Assembly (NCBI GenBank): GCA_017499595.2
Contig: CM039003.1
Location: 3,286,001 to 3,350,000, forward strand
DNA length: 64,000 bases
Direction of reading: 5' to 3'
Origin: Psilocybe cubensis
Lineage: Eukaryota
The stretch's first letter is position 1; each line of letters opens with the position of its first letter. The notes under the pieces were generated by a model, which was not told where the DNA came from, ran no database searches, and was given only the letters and a program-made list of their open reading frames with translations. Made by a program: the position numbers and the translations under genes. Of the stretch, positions 49,647-59,662 are shown piece after piece.

Positions 49647-52600
49647 TCACCGTGTCGCATCACGCCTCGGCAATTGTGATGGCCGATCCACGCCTTTCAG
49701 TGCAAGGTATCGGTCTAGCGCCGCCAGATCCTTGCAGTGACTTAACGGCTCCCAGGTAGTGTCCCCCAGGCTCCACCGTACCTCGAACTCGAGGGCTCGT
49801 CTATTCCACCTGTGGCCTGTGATTTCGTCAACAAACCACTCCTGGTCGTCGGGTGCGCCGAAATCATATGGCCCAGGTTGCGTACGGTCGGGGAAGAGGG
49901 CATCACTCGAGGCAAGGTATGGGCGCAACAGAGACACGTGGAACGTTGGGTGTATGCGGCGCGCGGTCAATGCAGACGGCAGTTCCAACGTGTATGTTGA
50001 AGTTTTTGGGTGAGCCTCCAACACCCTGTAAGGTCCCACAAACTTTGGGCAGAGCTTGCAAGCGCGGTTCTTGGGTAGGTTCAGATTTTTGGACGACAAG
50101 TAGACCAGCGATCCCTTCTGTATGTCGGGTTCAGGTCCACGTCTCCCGTTTGCTGCCCTGGTCTGCATCACCCGCGCCTCGATAATGCCGTCGTGGGCCG
50201 CAGCTAGGTTCAATAGTGCCATTTGCGCAAAATCAGTAATACCCCGTGATACTGAGTCCACGCTGCGTATCTCCTTTATCATGGATGGCATGTACCCACC
50301 ATTCAACTCAAAGGGTGTGTACTTTGTGCTTTCCGAAACGCTCGCATTAATTGCAAACTCGGTCATGTCAACCCGGGCCACCCAATCCTTCTGGTCATTG
50401 CTGACCACTGCCCGGAAGATCTGTCCTATCGTGCGATTTGTGCGTTCTGTCTGGCCATCTGTCTGGGGATGGAAAGATGTGGACATGAGCAGCCTTGCAC
50501 CCAGCAGTTTGTGCAGCTCTGTCCACCATTTGGATGTGAACTTTGAATCCCTGTCACAGACTATCGAGCTCGGAAGTCCGTGTAACCGGACAATTTCTCG
50601 CATGTAAATCCATGACAGCTGTGAAGCTGTAGTCGACGTGTGTACAGGGATTAGGTGTACCATGCTCGTCATGCGGCATATGATCACCCATAGGTAGTTA
50701 TAACCTCTCGATTCCGGGAATGGTCCAACGAAATCCATGCCAATAGAGTCCCACGGCTTCGTTGGTACAGGCAGTGAATGCAGTTTACCCACCGGTTTGG
50801 ATGTTGCACCCTTTGCCCGTTGACAAGAGGCGCACGTTCTGCAGAACATGTCCACGTCTTTGAACAACTGCGGCCACCAGTACCAACGCCGGACATATTC
50901 CGATGTTCTTTGTGCTCCAAAGTGCCCCAACACGCGGTGTGCATCCTCAATCACCCTCGTGATTAGCGCGCGTTTGCGTGGAATACACGTCACAATGTCT
51001 CCTCGTATGTTCTTATACGTGATGAGACCGTTCGACACCGAGAATGCCTTATGATGTTCCGGGTTACGCAAAATCTCCTCGTATAGTTTGTCGTTGCTGT
51101 ACTCCTTCTTGATCTCGTCCACAAAGGCGTCCGATTGCATCATCAATGTATGTGGCGCGGGCGCTGACCGGACGGATTGTCCCAGGATGCATTCTCCCAG
51201 TGTCATATCGGGGATTTCCCCCGCGTGGCTATCACTCACACTGGTCATCTCGTCGAGGTTGTCAGGCGGCACTGGTCCGTCCGCCAAGATCTCAGCTTCC
51301 ACCTCTCTTTCTTCCCGTAACTCCTTCAGGCGCTGGCTGCGCCGCAGCTCCATCGCCCGCATTGCTCTTATTTCGACAACATGCTCTGTGATCTCCCTAA
51401 AGCGTTCCTTTGACAGGTCCTCGCCTTGAGGGTCGATGCGCGCATCTGCCGAGACATAGTCATGGACTTCGTGTACATCCGCACTAGTGTCGCTTTCGTA
51501 GTAGCGCGACAAACAGTCCGCTACCTTGTTGTATTCACCCTTGACATATGTGATATCGAAATCGAACCTGGACAGGTATTCCAACCAACGGCGCTGTCGG
51601 TACGACAAGTTAGATTGGGTCTTAAAGAATTCCAACACCTTATGGTCTGTAATGACGTGGATCTTAAACCCCACGAGTTTGTCCTCCCACTTCATTAGCA
51701 CTTCGAGGATTGCCAGTGTTTCTAGTTCGTGCACCGCATAATTCTGCTGTGCGCTTGTAAACTTTTTTGACATGAAGCCTGCGGGTTTGCAGGTTGTCCA
51801 GGAGTCGCCTTGCCCATACATGGCCCCCACGCCTGTCTTTGATGCGTCACATATTACCCAAATCTGCTTTCCATTCCTAGGATCAATGGGCTTCAGTACT
51901 GGTGTCTTGCAACAGATTTGTTTAATCATGTCGAAGCACCGCTGATGCAGTGGTCGCCAGAAGAATGGTGCCGCGTTCTGTGTCATGGCCTGCAGAGGTC
52001 CCGTATATGCCGTTATGTTTGGTAGAAAGCTGCTAACATAGTTAATGAGGCCCACGAATCGCTGGATGTCATTGTAGTTGCGTGGCGTGCGCCAATCCCT
52101 GATTTTTGCCAGTTTGTCGGCATTGGGGTGGATACCCTTATCGTCAATAATGTGTCCCAGACAGTCAACCCTGGTAGCATACAGGTCGCACTTGGACCAC
52201 TTCACGTACAGCTTGTTCTCCCTCAGCTTGTTGAACATAAAGCGCAGTGCCTCCTCATGCTCCTCTATTGTGTCTGTGACTATGAATAGATCATCCAAAT
52301 ATGCGTGTAGGTACCTCCCTATCGCGCTCCGGAATATACTTGTCATTAGTCTCTGGAATGTGGCCGGGGCGTTACAATCGCCCTGCTGTACGACATTGCT
52401 GACGTATGTTCCAGATATAGTGGCAAACGCTGTCTTGTGTACATCCTCTAGCCTCACTCGCACCTGTTCGTATGCGTCCGCAAGGTCAATTTTCGATACA
52501 TACTTTGCTCTTGCCACATCCTCTCGTATGACGTCCTGATCCGGCAGCGGGGTCACGTCTTTGACAGTGTTATCGTTCCGTTGCCTAGCGTCAACAACCG

Positions 52601-53672
52601 TACGTAGTTTCCCGTCCTTTTTAGGTATGCACATCAGCGGCGCGGCCTGCGATGTTGCCCGTAGCTCCCACCACCCTGCGTTCACGTATCTATTCAGTTT
52701 CTCATGGAACTGATCTCTCAACGATAGTGGACAGCGCGGTAAGTGGTATGTGTATTGTTTATTCTCGTCAATGAGGTGAATTTCGTGGTTAACCTCTCTG
52801 AAGGGTGGTAGTTCGTTAGGGGTTCCCTGGACTATGTCCACAAACTCATCGTGCCATTGTTGCCGCAGTCGTGGGATGTCTTCATCTGTGAGTCCCACAG
52901 CGCGCGTTTTTCCTTTATCATTTGGTCGTGTTGCCATGCTGCATAGTCGCGCTGATGCACTGCTTGCTTCACGTAGCTTGTCAATATTTCTCTCAGACTG
53001 GTCTTGGTAGCGCAGGCGCAATGGTGCTGCCTTAGTGCGCGTATCTGGTTTCCCAGGCCTGTCAAACTCGAACTCCGAAGGCTCGGATATTTCGTCGGCT
53101 CGGGGTAGCCTATATACCTCATCCCTCTCGTCCCTTGCCCTCTTTGTTGCCCACTGCTGTGCCCCACTGCGTGCTACAGTTTTATTCCATTCGCGCGGCA
53201 TGCGCGGGTCGTATATCCATCCAAGGTCAGGAGGCGGTACTGGTCTGTCCCAAAGCCGTCGATGGGATCCCGTGGACCCTTCCGATGCGTGGTCGGATTT
53301 TGCAGCCAGTCGACTCTCTTCCTCGTCGGTGATTAGATCCTCCACCTTTACCTTGGACGATGTGGGCTGGCAATATTCTCGTTCCTTTTTCACCTGTGTA
53401 TCCCATATTGGGTCGGTCTTCCCTTTAGGTCTGTCCTTTATTTGTTGTTTTGGTGGTCGTTTTTCGCGACGTACGCCATTGTTTTCCTGTTTCACAGTTG
53501 GTTTTTTTGTAGTTGTTCTAATATCGTTTTTAGGTTTAATTTTTCTTATCATGTCTTCGTCGTCGTCGTCTATACCGCGCAGAATGCGCGGGTCGTTGTT
53601 TCTCAACTTTTCTCCGACGTGCTGCTCCTCTTCCTCTGTCACATCCTCTACGGTCGCTTTCCTACCATTGAG
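49647..53672 (-). CDS. pol: Gypsy Pol (RT, RNase H, integrase, chromodomain)
   Basis: KIDLADAYEQ, QQGDCNAP, YLDD, CDASKTGVG, ITDH, H..H..C..C, MDFVGP, CDRDSKF, HPQTDGQTE, GPY and EWFVDEI..EVRW..TWEP. Confidence 0.95.
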   Translation of the reverse strand, partial: LNGRKATVEDVTEEEEQHVGEKLRNNDPRILRGIDDDDEDMIRKIKPKNDIRTTTKKPTVKQENNGVRREKRPPKQQIKDRPKGKTDPIWDTQVKKEREYCQPTSSKVKVEDLITDEEESRLAAKSDHASEGSTGSHRRLWDRPVPPPDLGWIYDPRMPREWNKTVARSGAQQWATKRARDERDEVYRLPRADEISEPSEFEFDRPGKPDTRTKAAPLRLRYQDQSERNIDKLREASSASARLCSMATRPNDKGKTRAVGLTDEDIPRLRQQWHDEFVDIVQGTPNELPPFREVNHEIHLIDENKQYTYHLPRCPLSLRDQFHEKLNRYVNAGWWELRATSQAAPLMCIPKKDGKLRTVVDARQRNDNTVKDVTPLPDQDVIREDVARAKYVSKIDLADAYEQVRVRLEDVHKTAFATISGTYVSNVVQQGDCNAPATFQRLMTSIFRSAIGRYLHAYLDDLFIVTDTIEEHEEALRFMFNKLRENKLYVKWSKCDLYATRVDCLGHIIDDKGIHPNADKLAKIRDWRTPRNYNDIQRFVGLINYVSSFLPNITAYTGPLQAMTQNAAPFFWRPLHQRCFDMIKQICCKTPVLKPIDPRNGKQIWVICDASKTGVGAMYGQGDSWTTCKPAGFMSKKFTSAQQNYAVHELETLAILEVLMKWEDKLVGFKIHVITDHKVLEFFKTQSNLSYRQRRWLEYLSRFDFDITYVKGEYNKVADCLSRYYESDTSADVHEVHDYVSADARIDPQGEDLSKERFREITEHVVEIRAMRAMELRRSQRLKELREEREVEAEILADGPVPPDNLDEMTSVSDSHAGEIPDMTLGECILGQSVRSAPAPHTLMMQSDAFVDEIKKEYSNDKLYEEILRNPEHHKAFSVSNGLITYKNIRGDIVTCIPRKRALITRVIEDAHRVLGHFGAQRTSEYVRRWYWWPQLFKDVDMFCRTCASCQRAKGATSKPVGKLHSLPVPTKPWDSIGMDFVGPFPESRGYNYLWVIICRMTSMVHLIPVHTSTTASQLSWIYMREIVRLHGLPSSIVCDRDSKFTSKWWTELHKLLGARLLMSTSFHPQTDGQTERTNRTIGQIFRAVVSNDQKDWVARVDMTEFAINASVSESTKYTPFELNGGYMPSMIKEIRSVDSVSRGITDFAQMALLNLAAAHDGIIEARVMQTRAANGRRGPEPDIQKGSLVYLSSKNLNLPKNRACKLCPKFVGPYRVLEAHPKTSTYTLELPSALTARRIHPTFHVSLLRPYLASSDALFPDRTQPGPYDFGAPDDQEWFVDEITGHRWNRRALEFEVRWSLGDTTWEPLSHCKDLAALDRYLALKGVDRPSQLPRRDATR

Positions 53673-56456
53673 TCACTCCTGAGTGGCTTTATTGGTGACC
53701 CTTTGGCGGCGAAGCCTTGAGTCAGAGTCGGGGTGTGGCACTATCACTGCTGGGATCCTGGTGCCGTTTACCCGCACCTCCCTTTTCTCAAAGTCGAGTA
53801 CCACCTTATTTTGGTACATGAACGGTGTTCCTACAACCATGTCGTATCGATCGAAGTTGGCAACATCAAGGTATGTCTTTGTGGTTGTACTTCCCACCGT
53901 TACAGTGACGTCGGCCCCGTATTTGATCATCGACCTGCTACCTGTCGTTCCCAACTGCAGTATATGAGGATCTAGCAGCGTGTCAACAGAGATGTTCGCG
54001 ATCTGCGCGAACGTTGGGGTGATGCCTGACGTGGTGCTGCCCGAGTCCCAAAGTGTCCAGGCATCTACACCGCCCACATTTGTGTAGGTTGCCAGGCAGA
54101 TTTTGTGTTCTGCCTTGACCTGCGGGCGCACGCGACTCTTAGATGTGAGTTTCATTCTCACTTTACGCATCCTCGCCCCATCGTAGTTCTTAGCGCTTCG
54201 TTCAGGAATTTCTGTCATTGCAGCGTTATATTGAGCGAATTCTCCTTCATCATCCGGGTCCGGAACGGAGTGTAGGTCTGGGACACTCTCGTCCGTTGTT
54301 TCCAGGCCGATATCACTATCCTTCATCATTGTGTCAGTATCCACTTGGGGTATCTGGGCGGCATCATGGTGCGTATCCTCGTCCAACCCTATGATCCTCA
54401 TAGCGTACATATTATCCTCGTTGTCTGATGCGTATTCCTCATACCAGTCAGAGTTCATGACCTCAACCTCGGTATATGCGTCTTCATTACCACTATTCTG
54501 TTCGTCGGTGGGTTCCTGCTCAGGTGGGTCGTCGTCCCTGTCTGATTCCCTTTCGTCATCTTCAGGTACCGCGGTGTGCGCCGCGCGAAGATGTACTCGG
54601 TTCTCCTTGGGTAGCGGACATTCACGCGCTAAGTGTCCCTCTTTCTTGCAGTTATAGCATCGCATTCCTTGTGTGGCCCTCGGTGGGGATGCTTGCTTGA
54701 TTTCGTTTCTCCTCTCACCACCTTTGTCACCTTTGTCTGGTTGTGGTGAGTCCTTACTGTTTACCTTTATTCCATCATTTAGTTTGGTCTTTGGGTCATC
54801 GCTCAGGGCGGACCTGAGCACCATAATCCTGTTCCCGGCTCTTACACGTATCGCACCTCGTCGGTTGTTCGTGTTGGCGTTGGGTTGGTATGTGTCCTGA
54901 TTTGGGGTGGTCCTCTTCTTGTAGTAGTCTAGCGTTTTGACTCTTGTCTCGTATTGTATGCCGAAGGCTACAAAGTCAGTTATAGAATTCATTTCGGGTG
55001 ACAGTCCTCGGTCTTTAAGTAAGTGTGTCCTCATCTCATCTGGGATGCCATCTAGGAATTTTTCCAAAATGGTATATTCGTCAGGCCACTCGTACATATT
55101 CTGTGCGCACTCTAATAGGGTGTCATAGTATCCTTGTACTCCTTTAGATGGTACATATTTGGCGCGTCTGAACCCTTCCCTCGCGTCTTGCATCGACGTA
55201 GGATGTACGAATCTATCGTATAACGCTAGGACGACTCCTTTGAAGTCCCATGCCTTCCGCGTTCGGTTCACACTTGTTACGTGTCGCGAGAAGAACTGTA
55301 GTGCCTCACCATCGAGGTATTCCATGAGTAATGTCGTGCGTACGGCGTCCAATGCGGGTCCTCCAAGTTGCCTCACGGCGAATCTGTAGCAAAGACTCGC
55401 TAGCCAGTCTTCCAGTGCGGCAAATTTGGGCAATCCGCTATATTTGTTATCTGTTTCTAGCTTCAAGTTCAGCTTTGTTCCCTGGGGGAGTACCATCTGT
55501 GTGGACAGGTTCTCATCGATAAGCTTGATCAGCCTGTCCTGCATTAATTTTTTGTGTGCTAACCTCGCCTCAATAGCCCCATTGGCGTCGGCCTTGAGGT
55601 TGTCAGCCGCTGGTAGGGAGAAACCCCGTGTGTATCGTCCCCCTTCCTGTGGTGCGGGCGATAATTGTGGTGTCTGATGGTTGTCCGATGTACTTCCCTT
55701 AGGTGGTAATTGTCCATGCATTTGAATTTGCTCACCGCCTAGTGCCTCCTTGGCAATGTGGCCATCAAAAATTACGCCTTGGTCGTCGATATTGGACTTC
55801 CCATTCTCGGTAATTTCTGCGTTCCTTATTCGTTGGAATGCTACTCGGTCGACCCACGTCTTTGCCCGCCCTATGCGCTTGTTTCGTAGCGTCACGTTGG
55901 CCCGGTTTACGAGCGGGTTGGGTGAGCTGCTTTGTGGTGTCCTGTTCCCAGACGTTCCGTATCCTGAGTTCAGTACTGAGCCGTTGTCACCGAGTACTTG
56001 ACTCATTGGGGTGAGTCCTCGTACGGACTCTTTTTCCAGCCTAACCCGTTGGTATTTCTTGGATATATTAGTGGCTGCTCGTAGTACCAATGCCACGTAC
56101 TCGTGATGTGTTCGATTGATATGCTGTGTCGGTACGCCTGCATGTTCCATGGCGTCCTCAACCACCTCAACCGCTTTGGCTTTTATCTCCTCTCGTCTTG
56201 CCGGTGTGTTAACGTTGTGGAGTTCCCACACGGGCCCGAGTCGGATGTCGATGTCGACTATCTCTCCTACATCGTCTTCTCCATTCCCCTGGTCCTCTTC
56301 TTCAACCTCATCCTCCTCACCTTCACCTTCATAACCTTCTACTCCAGTGTTGTCTGCTTGGTATCCTCCCAGTTGGTGGTAGTCTGGCTGACCCCCATGG
56401 TTCTGGGTGGTGCTCAGGTGTCCCGGTGGTGCTGGTGAGTTTTGTTGGTTCGACAT
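53673..56456 (-). CDS. gag: Gypsy Gag-protease
   Basis: Capsid-like YLDGEALQFF..FLDGIP, zinc knuckle CYNCKKEGHLAREC, and aspartic protease LWDSGS..YDMVVGTPF. Confidence 0.92.
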   Translation of the reverse strand: MSNQQNSPAPPGHLSTTQNHGGQPDYHQLGGYQADNTGVEGYEGEGEEDEVEEEDQGNGEDDVGEIVDIDIRLGPVWELHNVNTPARREEIKAKAVEVVEDAMEHAGVPTQHINRTHHEYVALVLRAATNISKKYQRVRLEKESVRGLTPMSQVLGDNGSVLNSGYGTSGNRTPQSSSPNPLVNRANVTLRNKRIGRAKTWVDRVAFQRIRNAEITENGKSNIDDQGVIFDGHIAKEALGGEQIQMHGQLPPKGSTSDNHQTPQLSPAPQEGGRYTRGFSLPAADNLKADANGAIEARLAHKKLMQDRLIKLIDENLSTQMVLPQGTKLNLKLETDNKYSGLPKFAALEDWLASLCYRFAVRQLGGPALDAVRTTLLMEYLDGEALQFFSRHVTSVNRTRKAWDFKGVVLALYDRFVHPTSMQDAREGFRRAKYVPSKGVQGYYDTLLECAQNMYEWPDEYTILEKFLDGIPDEMRTHLLKDRGLSPEMNSITDFVAFGIQYETRVKTLDYYKKRTTPNQDTYQPNANTNNRRGAIRVRAGNRIMVLRSALSDDPKTKLNDGIKVNSKDSPQPDKGDKGGERRNEIKQASPPRATQGMRCYNCKKEGHLARECPLPKENRVHLRAAHTAVPEDDERESDRDDDPPEQEPTDEQNSGNEDAYTEVEVMNSDWYEEYASDNEDNMYAMRIIGLDEDTHHDAAQIPQVDTDTMMKDSDIGLETTDESVPDLHSVPDPDDEGEFAQYNAAMTEIPERSAKNYDGARMRKVRMKLTSKSRVRPQVKAEHKICLATYTNVGGVDAWTLWDSGSTTSGITPTFAQIANISVDTLLDPHILQLGTTGSRSMIKYGADVTVTVGSTTTKTYLDVANFDRYDMVVGTPFMYQNKVVLDFEKREVRVNGTRIPAVIVPHPDSDSRLRRQRVTNKATQE

Positions 56457-56749
56457 TCCGTGGTGGTCTCGGTGTGGCGAGTGTTTGAAAATTTTTCTTC
56501 CTCCGGTATCGGTTGGTTGCACGAGTTCTGGTCTTGATCCAATCGTCGGGCTGGTTTAAAAAAGTGTAAAGCTTCTGCTTTACGAAGAGACCTCAAGTTT
56601 CACACAAGGTAAACCAGAACCAATCGTATTGGTAGTTTACTTGTACAAAATAAAGATCTAAGTAACTAAGGATGAAAACTTCGCATAAAACAGCATCGTC
56701 CAGGCCGATGCTAAACATGTATAAACACTCGATAGGGGCGCCCGTTACA

Positions 56750-58076
56750 ACAATCCTGTTGATAGGGCATTGTACTCTGCAAGGCCATCATGCGACTGTA
56801 CTTTTGAGCAATCTGCTTGTTGGCATCCTTTTTGTTTGTCAATTTGTACAATGATTTTAGCAAACGATGGGCCACTTCGCTCTGCATGATTATATTAGAC
56901 AGATTGGGTACGATACTATTCAAAACATACCAGTTGAGTTGAATAAGAATCAGTGGTTCCAAAATTTCGAATATGTCGGACATAATCCCCTAAAAAATGA
57001 AACTTTGGTGTGTTCAGATTGAATTTTATTGAACGTCGGCTCAAAGGTGCTTTGGCTGGTGCATTATTTTCCACAGTAGACGCCTGTTTCTGTGCTTGAC
57101 GACGCTGTTTCTTGAGGAAGCTCAAAAGTTTCAAAATGAGTACAAGTTACATCTCGAAATTCACGCATTAATTTGCCAAATTCAAAAGTGAGCTCGTCAA
57201 GCAATTTTAAACTCCCTTCGGTATGTATTCGCATCTTGGCCAAACCGTGCCATTCGGCGGTACGGTACAAGAGCTTTGAAATTTGTCGATTATGTGGATC
57301 TGGAAACAGTCCTTCAAATATAGGAATAGCACACTATAGTAGGTATTAGCATGGAATGTAGGTGTGTAAAGCTTTAGATTCTTACTTGCAAAAGGTCTTC
57401 GAAATCGCGTGCTGCCAATTTTTTCATTTCCGAAGAATTTTCAGCAAAGTTACGTATAGTACCATTGCCAAAGGTTGAGACCTGTCGGTATCTGTTATAT
57501 TTTGAATATTAATTATTAGTATTCAGGCATAGTTTGCACACGTACCGTCTGTCTAGCTCTGTTACAAGTTCATCGGAACCCCCTCTAGCAGCATATAGTA
57601 ATCTAATCAGATGAGTAAATAAGCTTTTCCAGACCCCGATTTCAAACTCATGCAGCAAATCAACAGTTAGCATATCAGACGGGTTAAAATCAAGGCCCAA
57701 ACGCGCAACAAAAGCATTCTGTGACAATCATCATTTTTGGTTTTTAATCATTAAGAAAATATACATACTTCTGTTGGAACACCAGAAAACGGCTTGAGGA
57801 GGCGATCGACAACTTCCGATTTTATTGAATGCCCAAGACGATAAATGGCATCACGGGCGAGTGCAACTTGCTCGACAATGTATCGACGAACTGTTCTATT
57901 ATCAGTTCGGAGATTCTTGTCACGTTTCAATCCAAGCTGGTCTAGCTTGGACTTTGGCACAAGACAAGTTGGACAAGGGCATAGGCCCTTATCTCTAATC
58001 GTGACCAATAGAACCCTACAACCAAGGTCCAATCAGTAAAGAACATACAGCAGCAAATAAAACCACACTTTTCAGG
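56750..58076. repeat. 1327-bp direct repeat, copy 2
   Basis: Matches 46137-47463 and is continuous with the transposase 5' part. Confidence 0.95.
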
Positions 58077-59662
58077 ATAATCAGCTGAATATGTGAATAT
58101 ACGCGGATAAAATCGTCTTTCAATGCCGTCATGGCATTTAATAACTATTCCATAAAGGTATGCATGCTTAAAGTCATCATCCAATATAATCTTCCAGACA
58201 CCGTGGATTAACTCGCGTCGACAATGTGTGAGCAGTTGTTGGCTTTGTGATTTCCATTTGGGGTGATTTTCCGATGCAAAATCTTTAAACGAGTCTGGAA
58301 GCTGTCGGAAAAGTAAATATAAAATCACAAGTAAAGTTATAAAGCATACACACCGAAGGAATATATGCTAGATGATGCAATGCACCAGAGCCGGGCTGAG
58401 CACAAATATATTTAGACAAATTTCCTGCCATCACATATATGGGCCATCCTTTGGCATTCCCGAAATTGGTGTAGTGAGTTGCATCAGAGGCAATTTGAAG
58501 AGCAGCCACAACCTTTTCACGTTTACAATCGGGGTTGTCAGGAGGTAATGCACCACGACGCTGAATTGCTTCATTTTCGGCAAGAAATGCATCAGAATTA
58601 TAGAGTTCGGAAAAGATACGTTCAGATTTGTTGGTACGGGGAGATTGATGCCAAAGCTCAAATGGAGCATAATGCATATGCTTGGCTAGAGGGCCCGTAA
58701 ACATTTCAGTGATAAGAGAGGTGAAGGAGCGATGGAGGAGGCCTGGAACAAGATAAGGAAGAGGTGGACAGTGTGGGATTCCAGACGGCACCCAAATTCG
58801 TACACAGGTTTCTCGGAAATGAGCTCCAAGCCCCAATGTAGCAATTGCCTTGTCCATTCGAGCATGCTCTCGTCTAGCATCAAAACCAATCAGGTTCTGG
58901 GCATTGAAATTGGGTGCAAGTAAAACCGTATCAACGAGCTCATTGATCTGCCCAATAGACTTCGATGTTTGGCCGTTATTGGCCCATTGCAGTAGAAGAC
59001 GTACGGTAGGCTGAAGATTGGAGATATATGATGTGATCCCATCCAGAATTGAGGACGATAGCTGCTTGAAGGTAGCTGGTTTGGATGCCAGGTCTTCCAG
59101 AGAAAGAAAAGAGTCGGGATCGTGATGTGGGCGTCGAGGGTAGTAGCGCCAAACACCAAACACATTGATTACGGATGTGAATCGGTCGAGAACATACAGA
59201 GTAACCCGACGTGTAGCAGACAGTGGTAATGGTGGTAAAGATGAAACAGGTTCAGGCAGAGTTTGATTATTCCTACGCGGATTTCTGTGTTGGCGTGATG
59301 GGCAGCCAGACTAGGAGGGCATAGAGATCTCGCTATGTGATAACGGGCTCGGATCGTGTATGGAGGGGGTTGGTGAAGCGGGACAGATATCATCCATGGC
59401 ACTGGTTTCCTGTGCATAAAATGGGTTGGTGAACTGTATTCACAACAAAAGTCAGGCAAGTGCAAGTATGATAGAAAAAGCTCACATTATTTCTATGTTT
59501 TTCACTGCTGTGCCCGTTTGCCCGATTTCTCTTTATTTGGCGGGAAAGTGCCAGGGCCCTCTCGTTCATCTCAAGTACGTGCACACACTTTGCTGCATGC
59601 TTGGATATGCTAGTTTCTCGACTATACGTTGCTTTGCAAAGTGTAGCTGGGCATTTGTACAT
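56750..59662 (-). pseudogene. Plavaka/CACTA-like transposase, 5' part
   Basis: N-terminal CPATLC..H..C finger, ERIFSELYNSDAF, SDATHYTNFGNAKGWPIY, THCRRELIHGVW and RRFYPRIFTYSADYPEK. It is interrupted by the Gypsy LTR at 56749. Confidence 0.85.

Larger units (their letters stand above)
47464..56749 (-). mobile_element. Ty3/Gypsy chromovirus, 3'-truncated (5' LTR, gag-pro, pol, extra ORF)
   Basis: 5' LTR TGTAACGGG..GCTTTACA (56749 down to about 56565) and domain order PR-RT-RH-IN-chromodomain. No 3' LTR is present. Confidence 0.92.

Noticed and set aside
48668-56438. Long plus-strand ORFs (for example 48668-49540 and 53035-53682)
   Set aside because: These are antisense shadows of Gypsy coding regions with no independent motifs.
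46137-58076. 1327-bp direct repeats as LTRs of the Gypsy element
   Set aside because: They are intron-containing transposase coding sequence continuous with flanking exons and lack TG..CA ends. A separate true LTR begins at 56749.
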